From Desulfovibrionaceae bacterium (GTDB lineage Bacteria; Desulfobacterota; Desulfovibrionia; Desulfovibrionales; Desulfovibrionaceae), in assembly GCA_036655975.1 (NCBI GenBank), contig JAVVPD010000001.1:12047-76046 (forward strand): a stretch of DNA of 64,000 nucleotides. Reading direction: 5' to 3'. The notes beneath the pieces were generated by a model, which was not told the origin of the DNA, made no database searches, and worked only from the letters and a program-made list of their open reading frames with translations. Shown here piece after piece: positions 18,865 to 29,046 of this stretch; positions within the stretch are counted from its first letter, which is position 1; every line of letters starts with the position of its first letter. Position numbers and translations under genes: made by a program.

Positions 18865-21303
18865 ATGAAAATAAAATATATTATCACCTCAGCACTGCTT
18901 TTCTTCGCTATTTTCCCGGCGCTGATCAGCATCTTTCTTTCCGCTGCGTATTTTAAAGAACATGTACAGGCCAGCTTAGTCACAACCCTCACCACCGCAA
19001 CCAACATTGAAGCTTCAAATATCAGCAATTATTTTCGCACACTTTCCAGCCATATTGACCCGCTCCATTCTATTCCCCTGCTGAAAGAATATCTACTCCA
19101 CACCTCCAATAAAGCCCCTACACAATCTTCAGAAAATATTGCGGCCTCTATCTCCGCCTATTTACACACGCGCACTACAGGCCGTAGCGATATTCTCCGC
19201 ATCGTCATCATAAATTGTCAGGGCACCGTCCTCGCCTCGAGCACGCCCCAAGAAAGGGGCACTCCCTTCCCCCGTATGCCCGCCCCACAAAGCTTTGCTG
19301 ACACCCCCTATCTCCTGACCATGCTGCCCGATACCCCAGCCACCGGCAAAAACCGCTTTGGACTGATGACGCCTCTGCACTACGAGTCGCAGCAGCTGGG
19401 CTTTATGTACGTGGAATATACCACCACTTACTTTGAAACAACCCTGCGCGAAATCGCCATTTGTCGGTCGGGAAGCATGTTTTTGCTGGACTTTGCGGGC
19501 AAAATTATTGCAACCAGCCGCCCCACAGGGGTGGGCAAAAACATTACCAATACTCCCGCACTGGAAGGCTTCAGCAAAACCTTTTATCAAGAAAATTTCA
19601 GCGAACATCCCTCTGGAATGATGTTTTACACGCTCAATGGCACCCCACGTATTGCGGTATTCCAAGTCATTGCGGGCACGCAATGGGTTTTAATGTCCGC
19701 AATGGATAACCAATTATTAGCTACTTTCCTACGTAATTTCGATGTTATGCTGCTTTTTCTCTGCGCCGCGCTGCTGATACTTTCCACCATAGGCTCACTG
19801 CTGATCTCACAGCGCATCGTCGCGCCCGTGGAAATGTTTATAGCGACTATCAAACGCATTAAGGACGGCGACCATGCGGCCCGCTTCCATTACACCAAAT
19901 CCAATGAACTCGGCATGATTGCCGATGCCTTCAACGACCTTGTACGCACAACCAACACGCGCACGGACAAACTCACCCAGCAGCAACAGCAATTGGAAAC
20001 CCTGACGCACAATATTCCCGGCGGGCTGTTCCGGTGCACCTATGACCGCAAGGGAACTTTTTCCTTTATCAGCGCAGGCTATCTTGATATTTTAAGTTTT
20101 AACCGCGAAAGCTTTATTGAGCGTTGCGAAAATTGCCTGAGCCTGACAATTCATCCTGACAAGCGCGAAGCCGTCATGGACGACATTCTGGACCAATTGG
20201 CTCAAACTTCCTCCTGTGAGGTGACATATCTGGCGATGATGGGCTTTGGCAGCACCTGCTGGATTCAACTGAAGGGCGAACTTAAAGTGGATGCCCTGCA
20301 GGGCAGCTCGTGGATAGACGGCCTGGCCACGGATGTTACCGAACAAGTTCAGGCGCAAGAACATTTAACCCAAACCATGGAAGATTTACGCGAAACCCTG
20401 CACGAACTCAAAATCAGCGAAGAACGCCTACGCCTGATCATTGTTCATTCCAGTGATGTTGTGGTTGAATGGAGCGCTACGCAACGCTACGTCTACCTTT
20501 CCACCGCCTTTGAACGGCGTTTTGGCTATATGCCCCTCCTGCCCAATGGCTACCGCTCACTGATGCAGTTCAAGGGGATACACCCCAAAGACCTGCGGAA
20601 TTTCCGCGCGTGGATTTCCAAACTGGCAAAGGGTATCCAACCCCCTGTGGCAGATTTCCGCTTTCGCACTGCCGACGAGCGTTTTCTTTGGACACGCCTC
20701 CAGCTGAACGTCATCCGCGATAAGGACGAAAACATTGTCCGCGCCGTGGGTTTGCTCGCTGACGTGCACGAAAACAAATGTGCCGAATTGCAATTACTCA
20801 ACAAAGCCGAGCGAGACCCCCTGTCAGGTTTGCTCAACCGCGCCACCTTTACCGAAAAAGCGCAAGCAGCCCTGCTTAACAGCCAAGGCAATCCAGTGGC
20901 ACTGGCCTTTATGTTTCTAGATATCGATAATTTCCGGCACTATAATACGGAATACGGGCATGCCTTTGGGGATCGTATTATCAGTTTTGTCGGGAAAACC
21001 CTACAAGAAAGTATCAACTATAAGGGCTTTGCCGGAAGACAAGGGGGGGACGAATTTGTAATTTGCTGCGAGCACGGCACTTCTGAAGCCCAGTTGCGCG
21101 CCCTTGCGGTGAAAATTCGAGATCAACTCAACGCCGGACTCCCCGCCCGCAACCATAATCGGGTGCGCGTGAGTTGCAGCACCGGTATTGTGCAAGTGAC
21201 AAACCCGCAACTCTCCTTTGAAAAGATTATCAATGCTGCGGATCAGGCCATGTATGAGGTGAAAAATGCGGGCAAGGGTTCCTACTGCATAGTGCAGATA
21301 TAG
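18865..21303 (+). CDS. Membrane diguanylate cyclase (TM, Cache-like domain, TM/HAMP, two PAS-like regions, GGDEF)
   Basis: ATG at 18865 (MKIKYIITSALLFFAIF). HAMP-like VAPVEMFIATIKRIKDGD...LGMIADAFNDL. C-terminal DPLSGLLNR...FLDIDNFRHYN...GRQGGDEFVI. Confidence 0.9.
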   Translation: MKIKYIITSALLFFAIFPALISIFLSAAYFKEHVQASLVTTLTTATNIEASNISNYFRTLSSHIDPLHSIPLLKEYLLHTSNKAPTQSSENIAASISAYLHTRTTGRSDILRIVIINCQGTVLASSTPQERGTPFPRMPAPQSFADTPYLLTMLPDTPATGKNRFGLMTPLHYESQQLGFMYVEYTTTYFETTLREIAICRSGSMFLLDFAGKIIATSRPTGVGKNITNTPALEGFSKTFYQENFSEHPSGMMFYTLNGTPRIAVFQVIAGTQWVLMSAMDNQLLATFLRNFDVMLLFLCAALLILSTIGSLLISQRIVAPVEMFIATIKRIKDGDHAARFHYTKSNELGMIADAFNDLVRTTNTRTDKLTQQQQQLETLTHNIPGGLFRCTYDRKGTFSFISAGYLDILSFNRESFIERCENCLSLTIHPDKREAVMDDILDQLAQTSSCEVTYLAMMGFGSTCWIQLKGELKVDALQGSSWIDGLATDVTEQVQAQEHLTQTMEDLRETLHELKISEERLRLIIVHSSDVVVEWSATQRYVYLSTAFERRFGYMPLLPNGYRSLMQFKGIHPKDLRNFRAWISKLAKGIQPPVADFRFRTADERFLWTRLQLNVIRDKDENIVRAVGLLADVHENKCAELQLLNKAERDPLSGLLNRATFTEKAQAALLNSQGNPVALAFMFLDIDNFRHYNTEYGHAFGDRIISFVGKTLQESINYKGFAGRQGGDEFVICCEHGTSEAQLRALAVKIRDQLNAGLPARNHNRVRVSCSTGIVQVTNPQLSFEKIINAADQAMYEVKNAGKGSYCIVQI

Positions 21304-21323
21304 CCGCCATATTGCCGCACGTG

Positions 21324-22397
21324 CTACAGGACGCGCACCCCGTTTTCTTCCACCAGCACCATATATTCCCATCGAACCCCGCCCCATGGGGGATAATACA
21401 GCCCCGGTTCCACGGTCACCACCATGCCCGGACGCAACAAGCCTTCATTCCGCAGCGAAAGTGACGGAGCTTCGTGTACCTCCAGCCCCACCCCGTGCCC
21501 GAGACCGTGCGTAAAGGCCTGCGCCACCCCCGCGTCCTCAAACACCTTGCGGGCTGTAGCGTAAACGTGCTTGCACGGAATCCCCGGCTCCATGCAGGCA
21601 ATGGCGGCGTCCTGCGCCGTGCGTACCCATTCTAAGGTACGCGCAAAGGCCGCTGACGGCTTGTTGCCCACCCAAAAGGTGCGGGTCTGATCCGAACAAT
21701 AGCCCGCATACCGCGCGCCCACATCCACCAGCACCGGCATATTTTCCCGCAGCAAGGCCTCACCGGGCACCGCATGCGGCAAGGCCCCGTTCGGCCCGAA
21801 AGCTACAATATTCGGGAAAGCCAATTCTGAAGCCCCGTGCTCGCGGAAAAATTTTTCAATGCCCCAACTCACGGTCAATTCCGTGCTGCCTTCCACCAAG
21901 AGATCCGGTACATGGTTCATCAAAGCATGATTCAACGCACACGAGCACTCCATACGGGCGATTTCGTCCGCATCCTTGATAACTCTAGCCGCCTCCACCA
22001 GACCGCCCGCGTCCACCAAAAGCCCACCGCGCCCCAAGTCCCGATAAAAAGCCACCGATAGGCTTGAAGGCTCAAAGCCGGTCAACCCGCCCGACTTTTC
22101 AGCTATCAAAGCCCGCACCTGCCCTGCCGCATCGCCCCCGTAAACAAAAATACGGTTTTCATCCCACAAGCGCTTAGCCGCGTCCGTATAGCGAGAATCC
22201 GTGCACAGCCAATCGTCCCCGCTGGCTGTCAATAATAAATAGCCCGCGCTTTCATTGCACTGTGGGTCGTGCAATTCAAAGCCGGAAAGGTAAAAACGGT
22301 TAGCCGCATGGCTCACAAACAGGGCGTCTAGCCCCGCCGCGCCCATGGCGGAACGGATATTTTGACGGCGCTGCGTGTATACTTCAGGGGTGGACAT
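21324..22397 (-). CDS. pepP: Xaa-Pro aminopeptidase / M24 family metallopeptidase
   Basis: M24 metal ligands in VLVDVGARY.GYCSD.TRT, HGLGHGVGLEVHE and VVTVEPG.Y. Confidence 0.88.
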   Translation of the reverse strand: MSTPEVYTQRRQNIRSAMGAAGLDALFVSHAANRFYLSGFELHDPQCNESAGYLLLTASGDDWLCTDSRYTDAAKRLWDENRIFVYGGDAAGQVRALIAEKSGGLTGFEPSSLSVAFYRDLGRGGLLVDAGGLVEAARVIKDADEIARMECSCALNHALMNHVPDLLVEGSTELTVSWGIEKFFREHGASELAFPNIVAFGPNGALPHAVPGEALLRENMPVLVDVGARYAGYCSDQTRTFWVGNKPSAAFARTLEWVRTAQDAAIACMEPGIPCKHVYATARKVFEDAGVAQAFTHGLGHGVGLEVHEAPSLSLRNEGLLRPGMVVTVEPGLYYPPWGGVRWEYMVLVEENGVRVL

Positions 22398-22535
22398 AGG
22401 TACCTTCCTTCACAATTTCCCTCCTTCTACGCCAAAAGATTTTGAATGAGAAGCAGCGTTTGAACAAACTAGGAAGAGTTCTTGACAACTACAGAATAAC
22501 TTTTATTCTACGGCAAATGAATTTTGGAGGTTTGA

Positions 22536-22961
22536 ATGTCTGAAACGCTATTGTGGGTTCACCCACTCATGCAAACAATTGCCGTGATGCTAGGCACTTG
22601 GGCCATGTGGCAAGGCTGGAAACGCGTACAAATGCAGCGCGGCGTGAAGGTTATTTTCCCGTGGAAACAACATGTCCGCTGGGGAGCCGTGGCTTTGATC
22701 ATGTGGACCCTAGGGGCCCTTGGATTTTATGTTACCCTTGACCTGTTCGGCAGCACACATATTACCGGGCTGCATGCCCAATTGGCCTGGCCTATCATTG
22801 CCCTGTCTATCTTTGGGCTGGTTACCGGCTATAGTATGGATAAATATAAGCGTAAGCGCGTGTATCTGAACGTCACGCACGGGATTGTCAATATCTTGCT
22901 GATGGTTCTTGTTATTATTGAACTTATTACGGGATTTTTGCTGCTCGAAACCTTTTTATAG
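22536..22961 (+). CDS. Hypothetical four-TM membrane protein with several conserved-looking His residues
   Basis: GGAGG 6 nt upstream of the ATG. Four hydrophobic helices. A TTGACA ... TATTCT sigma-70-like promoter lies at 22482-22509. Confidence 0.6.
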   Translation: MSETLLWVHPLMQTIAVMLGTWAMWQGWKRVQMQRGVKVIFPWKQHVRWGAVALIMWTLGALGFYVTLDLFGSTHITGLHAQLAWPIIALSIFGLVTGYSMDKYKRKRVYLNVTHGIVNILLMVLVIIELITGFLLLETFL

Positions 22962-22987
22962 CGGCGGGGTCACGGCGTGCGCGCCGC

Positions 22988-23034
22988 ATACTCAAAGTGC
23001 ACAGTAACGCAATGTTACTGTGCACTTTGAGTAT
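22988..23034. repeat. Perfect 47-nt palindrome (21-bp stem, 5-nt loop) between convergent genes
   Basis: ATACTCAAAGTGCACAGTAAC-GCAAT-GTTACTGTGCACTTTGAGTAT, checked base by base. There is no T-run on either side. Confidence 0.9.
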
Positions 23035-23052
23035 GGTGTTCCACACAAAAAA

Positions 23053-24735
23053 CTATTTTTTGACATATTTCACATAGCCGGGGTCAGTACCCGCAATGTG
23101 ATGAATAAGCCAGTCTTTAAGAAAGTTCAAAATTTCCATACTTACCGTAGCCGTGCCCTTGTTGAAATCGTTTTCAAAGTCCTGCACTTTCTGTTCAAAT
23201 TTACGGTGTATGGATTTATGCTTGGCAACATCAGGGTAGGCAGAGTGCTCAAAATACTGCTCTTCTGTGCTAAAGTGCAGCACGGTATACTCTTTGAGCG
23301 AACGTATGAGCTTGGAAATGGCTGCATTGCTGTCTCGGTGAACCATGGCTTTGTGCAAACCATTAATAAGCTCGCATAATGACCGGTGCTGATCATCGAT
23401 CATCTGGATGCCCGTTTCCAATTTCTTGGTCCACTGCACAAGCTTGGTCATGGACACCTCTTCCGTATTGCCGGTGGCCAAGCCGTGAATGATCATTTCC
23501 ATATTTTCAATATAGCTGGATAATTCTACAATTGCCCCAGTAATTTGCTGCATATTCTCAGCATTTTCCACCGCAACGCTGTTAATCTTACTCAAGGAAA
23601 GCTCGGCATCTTCACTGGCAGAGGACTGATTTTTGGTCGCATCCGCAATGCTGCCCAATTCCGTGGCGGTGATGTCCATTTCGCCCACAATTTCCGTCAT
23701 GAATTTGCCCACCTGCGCGGCCAAATCCGCCCCGCGCACCGTGTCCACCGCTGCTGCGTCAACAGCTTCAATATTTTGATGTGTCTGCTTTTGGATGCGG
23801 GCCACCGCTACTTCCACTTCCTTGGTGGCCTGCATGGTGCGTTCCGCCAATTTACGCACTTCATCCGCCACCACCGCAAAACCCCGCCCGGCCTCGCCTG
23901 CGCGCGCCGCTTCAATGGCGGCGTTCAAGGCCAACAGATTGGTCTGGTCAGCCACCTCACTGATGACATTCATCACCTGACCGATATTCTCTGCATCCTG
24001 CCCCAAAATTTCCATGGTCTCTTTCAAGGCCAAAGTGCGTGTTTTTACCGCGCCAATGGCCTCCACGGCATCGTCCACATTGCCAGAACCTGTTGCCGCT
24101 TTCACCCGCGAATCCGTGGCCCCGTGTGCCGCCGCATGGGCGCTATTGGCAACATCCACAACGCTGTCCAAAATACCCTTCACGCTGGCAGAGGTATCTG
24201 CCAAGCTAAAACGCTGTACCTCTACCCCGTTTGAAACCTCGGCTACGCGCTGAGAAAGTTCGCGCAAAGCATCATACATACCGCGCGAAACCTCATTGCC
24301 CTTTTGTGCAAGACTGCCCATGGCTTCCAACATGCGCGCGCTTTCTTGCATTTTTTTATCTGCCTCAGCCAATGATGTTTGCGCCACAGTTAAGGTACTG
24401 TGCACCGCTGCGGCCGCGCTCTGTTCCTGTGCACAACGTTCTTCAGCAATACGCAAGCTCGCCTGAACACAACCCTGCACCCACGCAAGGCCCCCAACAC
24501 CGGGGGGAACAGCTTCAACAGGCAGGTCAGCTTCGAGCGACTTTGCATACAGCAACAGTTTTTGCACAGGTTTCACGAGAAGAATCAAAGTACAATAGGC
24601 CGACACGAGTACTAGAATAAGCCCTGTACATAAAAGTATAAATACTTCTATATTTTGTATATTTTTCGTTATTAAATATACTATGATCGTAATGATGGAA
24701 AGAAAAAGAATAGGTAACACTCGCATGATCTGCAT
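23053..24735 (-). CDS. Methyl-accepting chemotaxis protein with a C-terminal hemerythrin domain (DcrH-like)
   Basis: TM hairpin with almost no periplasmic loop. MCP signalling hairpin [42 protein letters not shown]-terminal hemerythrin ligand motifs [22 protein letters not shown] and [10 protein letters not shown]. Confidence 0.9.
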   Translation of the reverse strand: MQIMRVLPILFLSIITIIVYLITKNIQNIEVFILLCTGLILVLVSAYCTLILLVKPVQKLLLYAKSLEADLPVEAVPPGVGGLAWVQGCVQASLRIAEERCAQEQSAAAAVHSTLTVAQTSLAEADKKMQESARMLEAMGSLAQKGNEVSRGMYDALRELSQRVAEVSNGVEVQRFSLADTSASVKGILDSVVDVANSAHAAAHGATDSRVKAATGSGNVDDAVEAIGAVKTRTLALKETMEILGQDAENIGQVMNVISEVADQTNLLALNAAIEAARAGEAGRGFAVVADEVRKLAERTMQATKEVEVAVARIQKQTHQNIEAVDAAAVDTVRGADLAAQVGKFMTEIVGEMDITATELGSIADATKNQSSASEDAELSLSKINSVAVENAENMQQITGAIVELSSYIENMEMIIHGLATGNTEEVSMTKLVQWTKKLETGIQMIDDQHRSLCELINGLHKAMVHRDSNAAISKLIRSLKEYTVLHFSTEEQYFEHSAYPDVAKHKSIHRKFEQKVQDFENDFNKGTATVSMEILNFLKDWLIHHIAGTDPGYVKYVKK

Positions 24736-24913
24736 ACATTCCTCCTAAGACAGTTCCCGCATGATAGTAAAAGCTCGCAGTAATGTCACCAAATATTCCA
24801 ACATTACTCCTAGTATCTTTTACGGATATTTTTATAAAAATATTAGAGTAAAAATCACGTAAAGCTGCCCCCTATAGTTGTAACGCTTTTATGGAAAAGC
24901 CCCCCAGCAAAGG

Positions 24914-24942
24914 TTGACCCTAGGCGCAAGGATGTCTATAAT
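24914..24942 (+). promoter_or_regulatory. Sigma-70-type promoter for pyrK (TTGACC, 17 nt spacer, TATAAT)
   Basis: -35 at 24914-24919 and -10 at 24937-24942, about 50 nt upstream of the pyrK ATG. Confidence 0.5.
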
Positions 24943-24991
24943 GAAAAAATTAACAATCATTATTATCTGATCTATCTTTACGGAAAACACC

Positions 24992-25804
24992 ATGTCTCAG
25001 CCCAAAAATTCGCTCTTAAAAGTTCTTGATATCGTCCCCTTTGGACAAGTGGGCAGCCACGCCCAGTTCTTTGCCCTGCGTCTAGAACGCCCTGATTGGG
25101 CCTCATGGAAGCCTGGACAATTCATGATGGTTCGCCCCCAATCCTTTGGCCTAGAACTGCCATGGGCACGTCCCCTGGGCATTTGCCATGTGACCGAACA
25201 ACACTTGGTGTGCTTCTTTCAAGTTGTCGGACGGGGTACGGCAAAAATGGCGGAACTCACCGCCGGAGACCTCGTACATGTCTGGGGCCCCTTGGGCAAC
25301 AGTTTTGCCATTGAGCCAGAAAGCCCCACCCTGCTTTTAGCCGGCGGGATTGGCATTGCCCCCTTCATCGGCTATGTCCACGCCCACCCCAAACCGTGGA
25401 ATCTGACCATGCTCTTTGGGCATCGCGCCCGGCTTGGCTGTTACCCTGTGGACAGCATCAACGAACGTATCCCCTTGGATACTCTGCACGAAACCGTGCC
25501 CGGTGACCTTGATAACTTTATTTTCACCATGCGCGAACGCATGCAAGAATATGCGGAAAGCGCGGGGCTTGTGCTTGCCTGTGGGCCGCAGCCTTTCCTA
25601 CGCACGGTTCAAAGCCTTGCCGCAGAATTCAAGGTTCGCACGCAACTTTCGCTCGAAACCCGCATGGCCTGTGGTGTCGGCGCATGCCTCGGCTGCGCGG
25701 TACAAACAAGCGACCGATGGCCCGTGCCCGAAAAACGCCATTGGCCCGTCCAAACCTGCACTCAAGGCCCCATTTTCTGGGCAGACCAAATTATATTAGA
25801 CTAA
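24992..25804 (+). CDS. pyrK: Dihydroorotate dehydrogenase (class 1B) electron-transfer subunit
   Basis: FNR-like FAD/NAD fold (GQFMMVRP, LLLAGGIGIAP) and the C-terminal 2Fe-2S motif MACGVGACLGC. It directly precedes pyrD. Confidence 0.9.
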   Translation: MSQPKNSLLKVLDIVPFGQVGSHAQFFALRLERPDWASWKPGQFMMVRPQSFGLELPWARPLGICHVTEQHLVCFFQVVGRGTAKMAELTAGDLVHVWGPLGNSFAIEPESPTLLLAGGIGIAPFIGYVHAHPKPWNLTMLFGHRARLGCYPVDSINERIPLDTLHETVPGDLDNFIFTMRERMQEYAESAGLVLACGPQPFLRTVQSLAAEFKVRTQLSLETRMACGVGACLGCAVQTSDRWPVPEKRHWPVQTCTQGPIFWADQIILD

Positions 25805-25843
25805 AAGTCTTTGCCTCTCCCAGAAAAAATTTCAGGAGTTCTC

Positions 25844-26764
25844 ATGAATACCACTGTTACTTTGACCACAGATCCCCAGCTTATTTTTAAAAATCCTGTT
25901 CTTACGGCCTCTGGCACTTTTGGCTATGGAGAAGAATTTACGCCCTACGGCGATTTGACGGCCTTGGGGGGCATTGTGGTCAAGGGGCTGTCGCTCAAGC
26001 CTCGGGCGGGCAATCCTTGCCCACGCATTGCGGAAACGGCAGCGGGCATGCTCAATGCGGTGGGCTTGCAAAACGACGGTGTGGAGGCTTTTATCCGCCA
26101 CAAATTACCCCGTCTGCCGTGGAGTGAAGTGCCCATTATTGCTAATCTATACGCCACTTCTCCCGACGAATTTGCAGAACTGGCGGGCATTTTAGCTGCT
26201 GAGGAAGGCGTGGCCGCGCTGGAAGTAAATATTTCCTGCCCCAATGTCAAAGAGGGCGGCATTTTATTCGGGCAAGACCCCAAATTGGCGGCACAAGTGA
26301 CCGCCGCCGTATGCAAAGCCGCCGGCAACACCCCCGTGATGGTAAAACTTTCGCCCAATGTGACGGACATTGTTGCCGTTGCTCAAGCTGTGGAGGATGC
26401 GGGGGCCCATGCCCTATCGTGCATCAATACTTTGTCGGGTATGGCGGTGGACATCCACACCCGCAAGCCCATGCTTGCAAATATTATCGGTGGCTTATCT
26501 GGCCCCGCCGTCAAACCCGTGGCCTTACGCTGCGTGTGGCAAATCAGCCGTGCGGTACGCATTCCCGTTATCGGAATCGGCGGCATTACCAGCGCTGAGG
26601 ATGTCTTAGAATTTATGCTGGTGGGGGCCCACGCCGTGCAGATTGGCACGGGGAATTTTATCCGTCCGGATTTGGCTTTTCAGGTGGCTGCGGATCTGCC
26701 CGCCTTGTGCCAGAAATTGGGCATCACCTCTTGGGATGCGTGGCGCGGCCGTTTAGAAGTTTAA
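25844..26764 (+). CDS. pyrD: Dihydroorotate dehydrogenase (class 1B) catalytic subunit
   Basis: NPVLTASGTFGYG, LEVNISCPNVKEGG, KLSPNV and GIGGI are DHODH 1B hallmarks. ATG at 25844. Confidence 0.95.
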   Translation: MNTTVTLTTDPQLIFKNPVLTASGTFGYGEEFTPYGDLTALGGIVVKGLSLKPRAGNPCPRIAETAAGMLNAVGLQNDGVEAFIRHKLPRLPWSEVPIIANLYATSPDEFAELAGILAAEEGVAALEVNISCPNVKEGGILFGQDPKLAAQVTAAVCKAAGNTPVMVKLSPNVTDIVAVAQAVEDAGAHALSCINTLSGMAVDIHTRKPMLANIIGGLSGPAVKPVALRCVWQISRAVRIPVIGIGGITSAEDVLEFMLVGAHAVQIGTGNFIRPDLAFQVAADLPALCQKLGITSWDAWRGRLEV

Positions 26765-26787
26765 AAATCACTCTTTACGAGGATCCT

Positions 26788-27249
26788 ATGAAAAAACTTT
26801 TCGCGGCACGCATGGATAGATGCATCGGGTGTCATTCGTGTTCCATGGCCTGCGCCCGCATGGTACACAAACAATTTTCGTGGATCAACGCGGGCATTCA
26901 CATTCATACTTCGGGGGGGCTGTCCACGGGCTTTGAGGCCAGCGTCTGCTTGGCTTGCAATCCGGCAGCCTGCGCGGCAGTATGCCCCACCGGTGCTTGC
27001 ACCCAAAGGCCCGGCGGGGGCGTAAAAAAAAATCCTAAGGTGTGCATCCGTTGCGGTAAATGCGCCAAAGCCTGCCCCGTAGAAGCCGTGCATGTAGACC
27101 CAGACACCGCCATGCCCTATGTGTGCGTCCACTGCGGACTTTGTGTGGCCTATTGCCCCCACGATTGTCTGACTTTACAAGATCTTGAAGACACTGCAGA
27201 CAGCCCCGACCCCCAAAACACTTCCCCCAATCCGACTGAGGAGAACTGA
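26788..27249 (+). CDS. 4Fe-4S dicluster ferredoxin-like protein, probable electron partner of the downstream AOR
   Basis: Cys clusters CIGCHSCSMAC, CIRCGKCAKACP and CVHCGLCVAYCP. Its stop is 1 nt before the AOR start. Confidence 0.8.
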   Translation: MKKLFAARMDRCIGCHSCSMACARMVHKQFSWINAGIHIHTSGGLSTGFEASVCLACNPAACAAVCPTGACTQRPGGGVKKNPKVCIRCGKCAKACPVEAVHVDPDTAMPYVCVHCGLCVAYCPHDCLTLQDLEDTADSPDPQNTSPNPTEEN

Positions 27250-27250
27250 C

Positions 27251-29029
27251 ATGCAAATGAGCATCGGCTATTCCCGCGTGTTGCATGTAAATCTCAGCAC
27301 CGGAAAATCCAACGTTATCAATTTTGACAGCCGTGCCCGCCATATCGGCGGCAGCGGGCTTGCCGCCGCCCTGTATGAAGCCTATGGCACACCCGCTGGC
27401 CCGTGCGATGCCCTTGACGAACCCTTAATTTTTGCCATTGGCCCCCTGACCGGCGCTTTTCCGGTTATGACAAAGGTAGTTTGCGCGTTCCGCTCCCCCT
27501 ATACCGAGCAGTGGGCAGAAAGCCACGCGGGCGGGCGCTTGGGGCTTTCACTCCGTTTTTCCGGCTATGACGCCTTAATGATTACGGGCCGTGCCCCCAG
27601 CTTATCGGCACTGGTGGTGGGCGCGCGCAGCATTGAAATTAAGGACGTACACTATTTACGCGGGCGCGGTGTGTTCGGGACAGGGCGCGAATTACGCCGC
27701 TTGGGCAAGAGCGCCTCGGGGCACCGCTCCACCCTGCGTATCGGCCCAGCAGGCGAAAACGGCATCAGCTATGCCTGCATCAACGTGGATTCTTTTCGCC
27801 ATTTTGGGCGCTTGGGCGCGGGCGCGGTCATGGGGGGTAAAAACCTCAAAGGGATTGTGGTTTTGGGTGACGGCTCCTACAGCCTTCCCGAAGACGCAAA
27901 GGCTTTCAATAACTTATACAAAAAAATCTTTACTGAGGTGACAACCACCTCGATGATGCAAAAATACCATAATTTGGGCACCCCAGAAAATTTAGAGCCG
28001 CTCAATGCCATGCAAGCCTTGCCATGGCGCAATTTGCAAGCCACCACCGACCCAGCCATCAGCACGGTAACCGGAGCCGCTATTGCGGAAAACTTTCTGC
28101 TACGCAAATCCGCCTGTGCGGGCTGTCCGGTGGGCTGCATCCACATTGCCAATTTGCGGATGCAATTCGGCGACGACCACGAATATCTCTACAAGCAAGT
28201 GTCCTATGATTACGAATTGATTTTTGCCCAAGGTACCATGCTGGGTCTGTCGGATCCGCAAGAAATTCTGCCCATTCTGGACGAAACAGAATCGTGCGGG
28301 CTGGACTGCATGAGCTCAGGTGTGGCTTTGGCTTGGGCCACCGAAGCGCTGGAAAAAGGCGTAATTACCGAGGCCGAGACCCTATTGCCCTTAGCTTTTG
28401 GTACCTATAAACCGTATCTGGAAGCCTTGCGCCATTTGACCAAGGGCACCAATGAATTTTGGCAAGCCCTCGGCAAAGGCACACTCTACGCCGCAAAGCA
28501 CTACGGAAAAGGGAGTGAAGACTATGCCTGTGTGCTGGGCGGTCAGGAAATGGCTGGCTATGCCACGGGTGAAGCCTATTATGTGTCCCACGCCCTCGGC
28601 TTCCGGCACAGTCACCTCGATTCGGGGGGCTATTCCTTTGATCAGAGCGACAAAGACAAAAATGTAGATAAAACCACTAAATTTCTGGTGGATGACGAGC
28701 ACGGGCGGGTGCTGCTCAATTGTATGGTGGGCTGCATGTTTGCGCGCAAAGTTTATTCTGCGGGTGTATTACAGGAAGCCCTCACCGTGATGGGTTTCAA
28801 GGATGTGGCCCTAAACCTTGAACAAGCGGGCCGCAACATGCAGGCCTTGCGCTGGAAGTTGAAATTTGCCACCGGCTATGTGCCCGAAGCGCAGGCTATT
28901 CCCCAACGGTTCATGGACGTACGCAATTGGAAAGGACAGGTCGATCCCGTATATCTGGAAGCTTTACGCACAAAATATGCCCAAGCCTTGCGGAACATGG
29001 CAGAATCCGCCGTGACTTCACCCCAATAA
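27251..29029 (+). CDS. aor: Aldehyde:ferredoxin oxidoreductase family (tungsto/molybdopterin) enzyme
   Basis: AOR N-terminal domain (RVLHVNLSTG...GGSGLAAALY...PLTG..P) and the [4Fe-4S] ligand motif CAGCPVGCIH. About 590 aa. Confidence 0.88.
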   Translation: MQMSIGYSRVLHVNLSTGKSNVINFDSRARHIGGSGLAAALYEAYGTPAGPCDALDEPLIFAIGPLTGAFPVMTKVVCAFRSPYTEQWAESHAGGRLGLSLRFSGYDALMITGRAPSLSALVVGARSIEIKDVHYLRGRGVFGTGRELRRLGKSASGHRSTLRIGPAGENGISYACINVDSFRHFGRLGAGAVMGGKNLKGIVVLGDGSYSLPEDAKAFNNLYKKIFTEVTTTSMMQKYHNLGTPENLEPLNAMQALPWRNLQATTDPAISTVTGAAIAENFLLRKSACAGCPVGCIHIANLRMQFGDDHEYLYKQVSYDYELIFAQGTMLGLSDPQEILPILDETESCGLDCMSSGVALAWATEALEKGVITEAETLLPLAFGTYKPYLEALRHLTKGTNEFWQALGKGTLYAAKHYGKGSEDYACVLGGQEMAGYATGEAYYVSHALGFRHSHLDSGGYSFDQSDKDKNVDKTTKFLVDDEHGRVLLNCMVGCMFARKVYSAGVLQEALTVMGFKDVALNLEQAGRNMQALRWKLKFATGYVPEAQAIPQRFMDVRNWKGQVDPVYLEALRTKYAQALRNMAESAVTSPQ

Positions 29030-29046
29030 TCTGCTAGGCAAAACCC

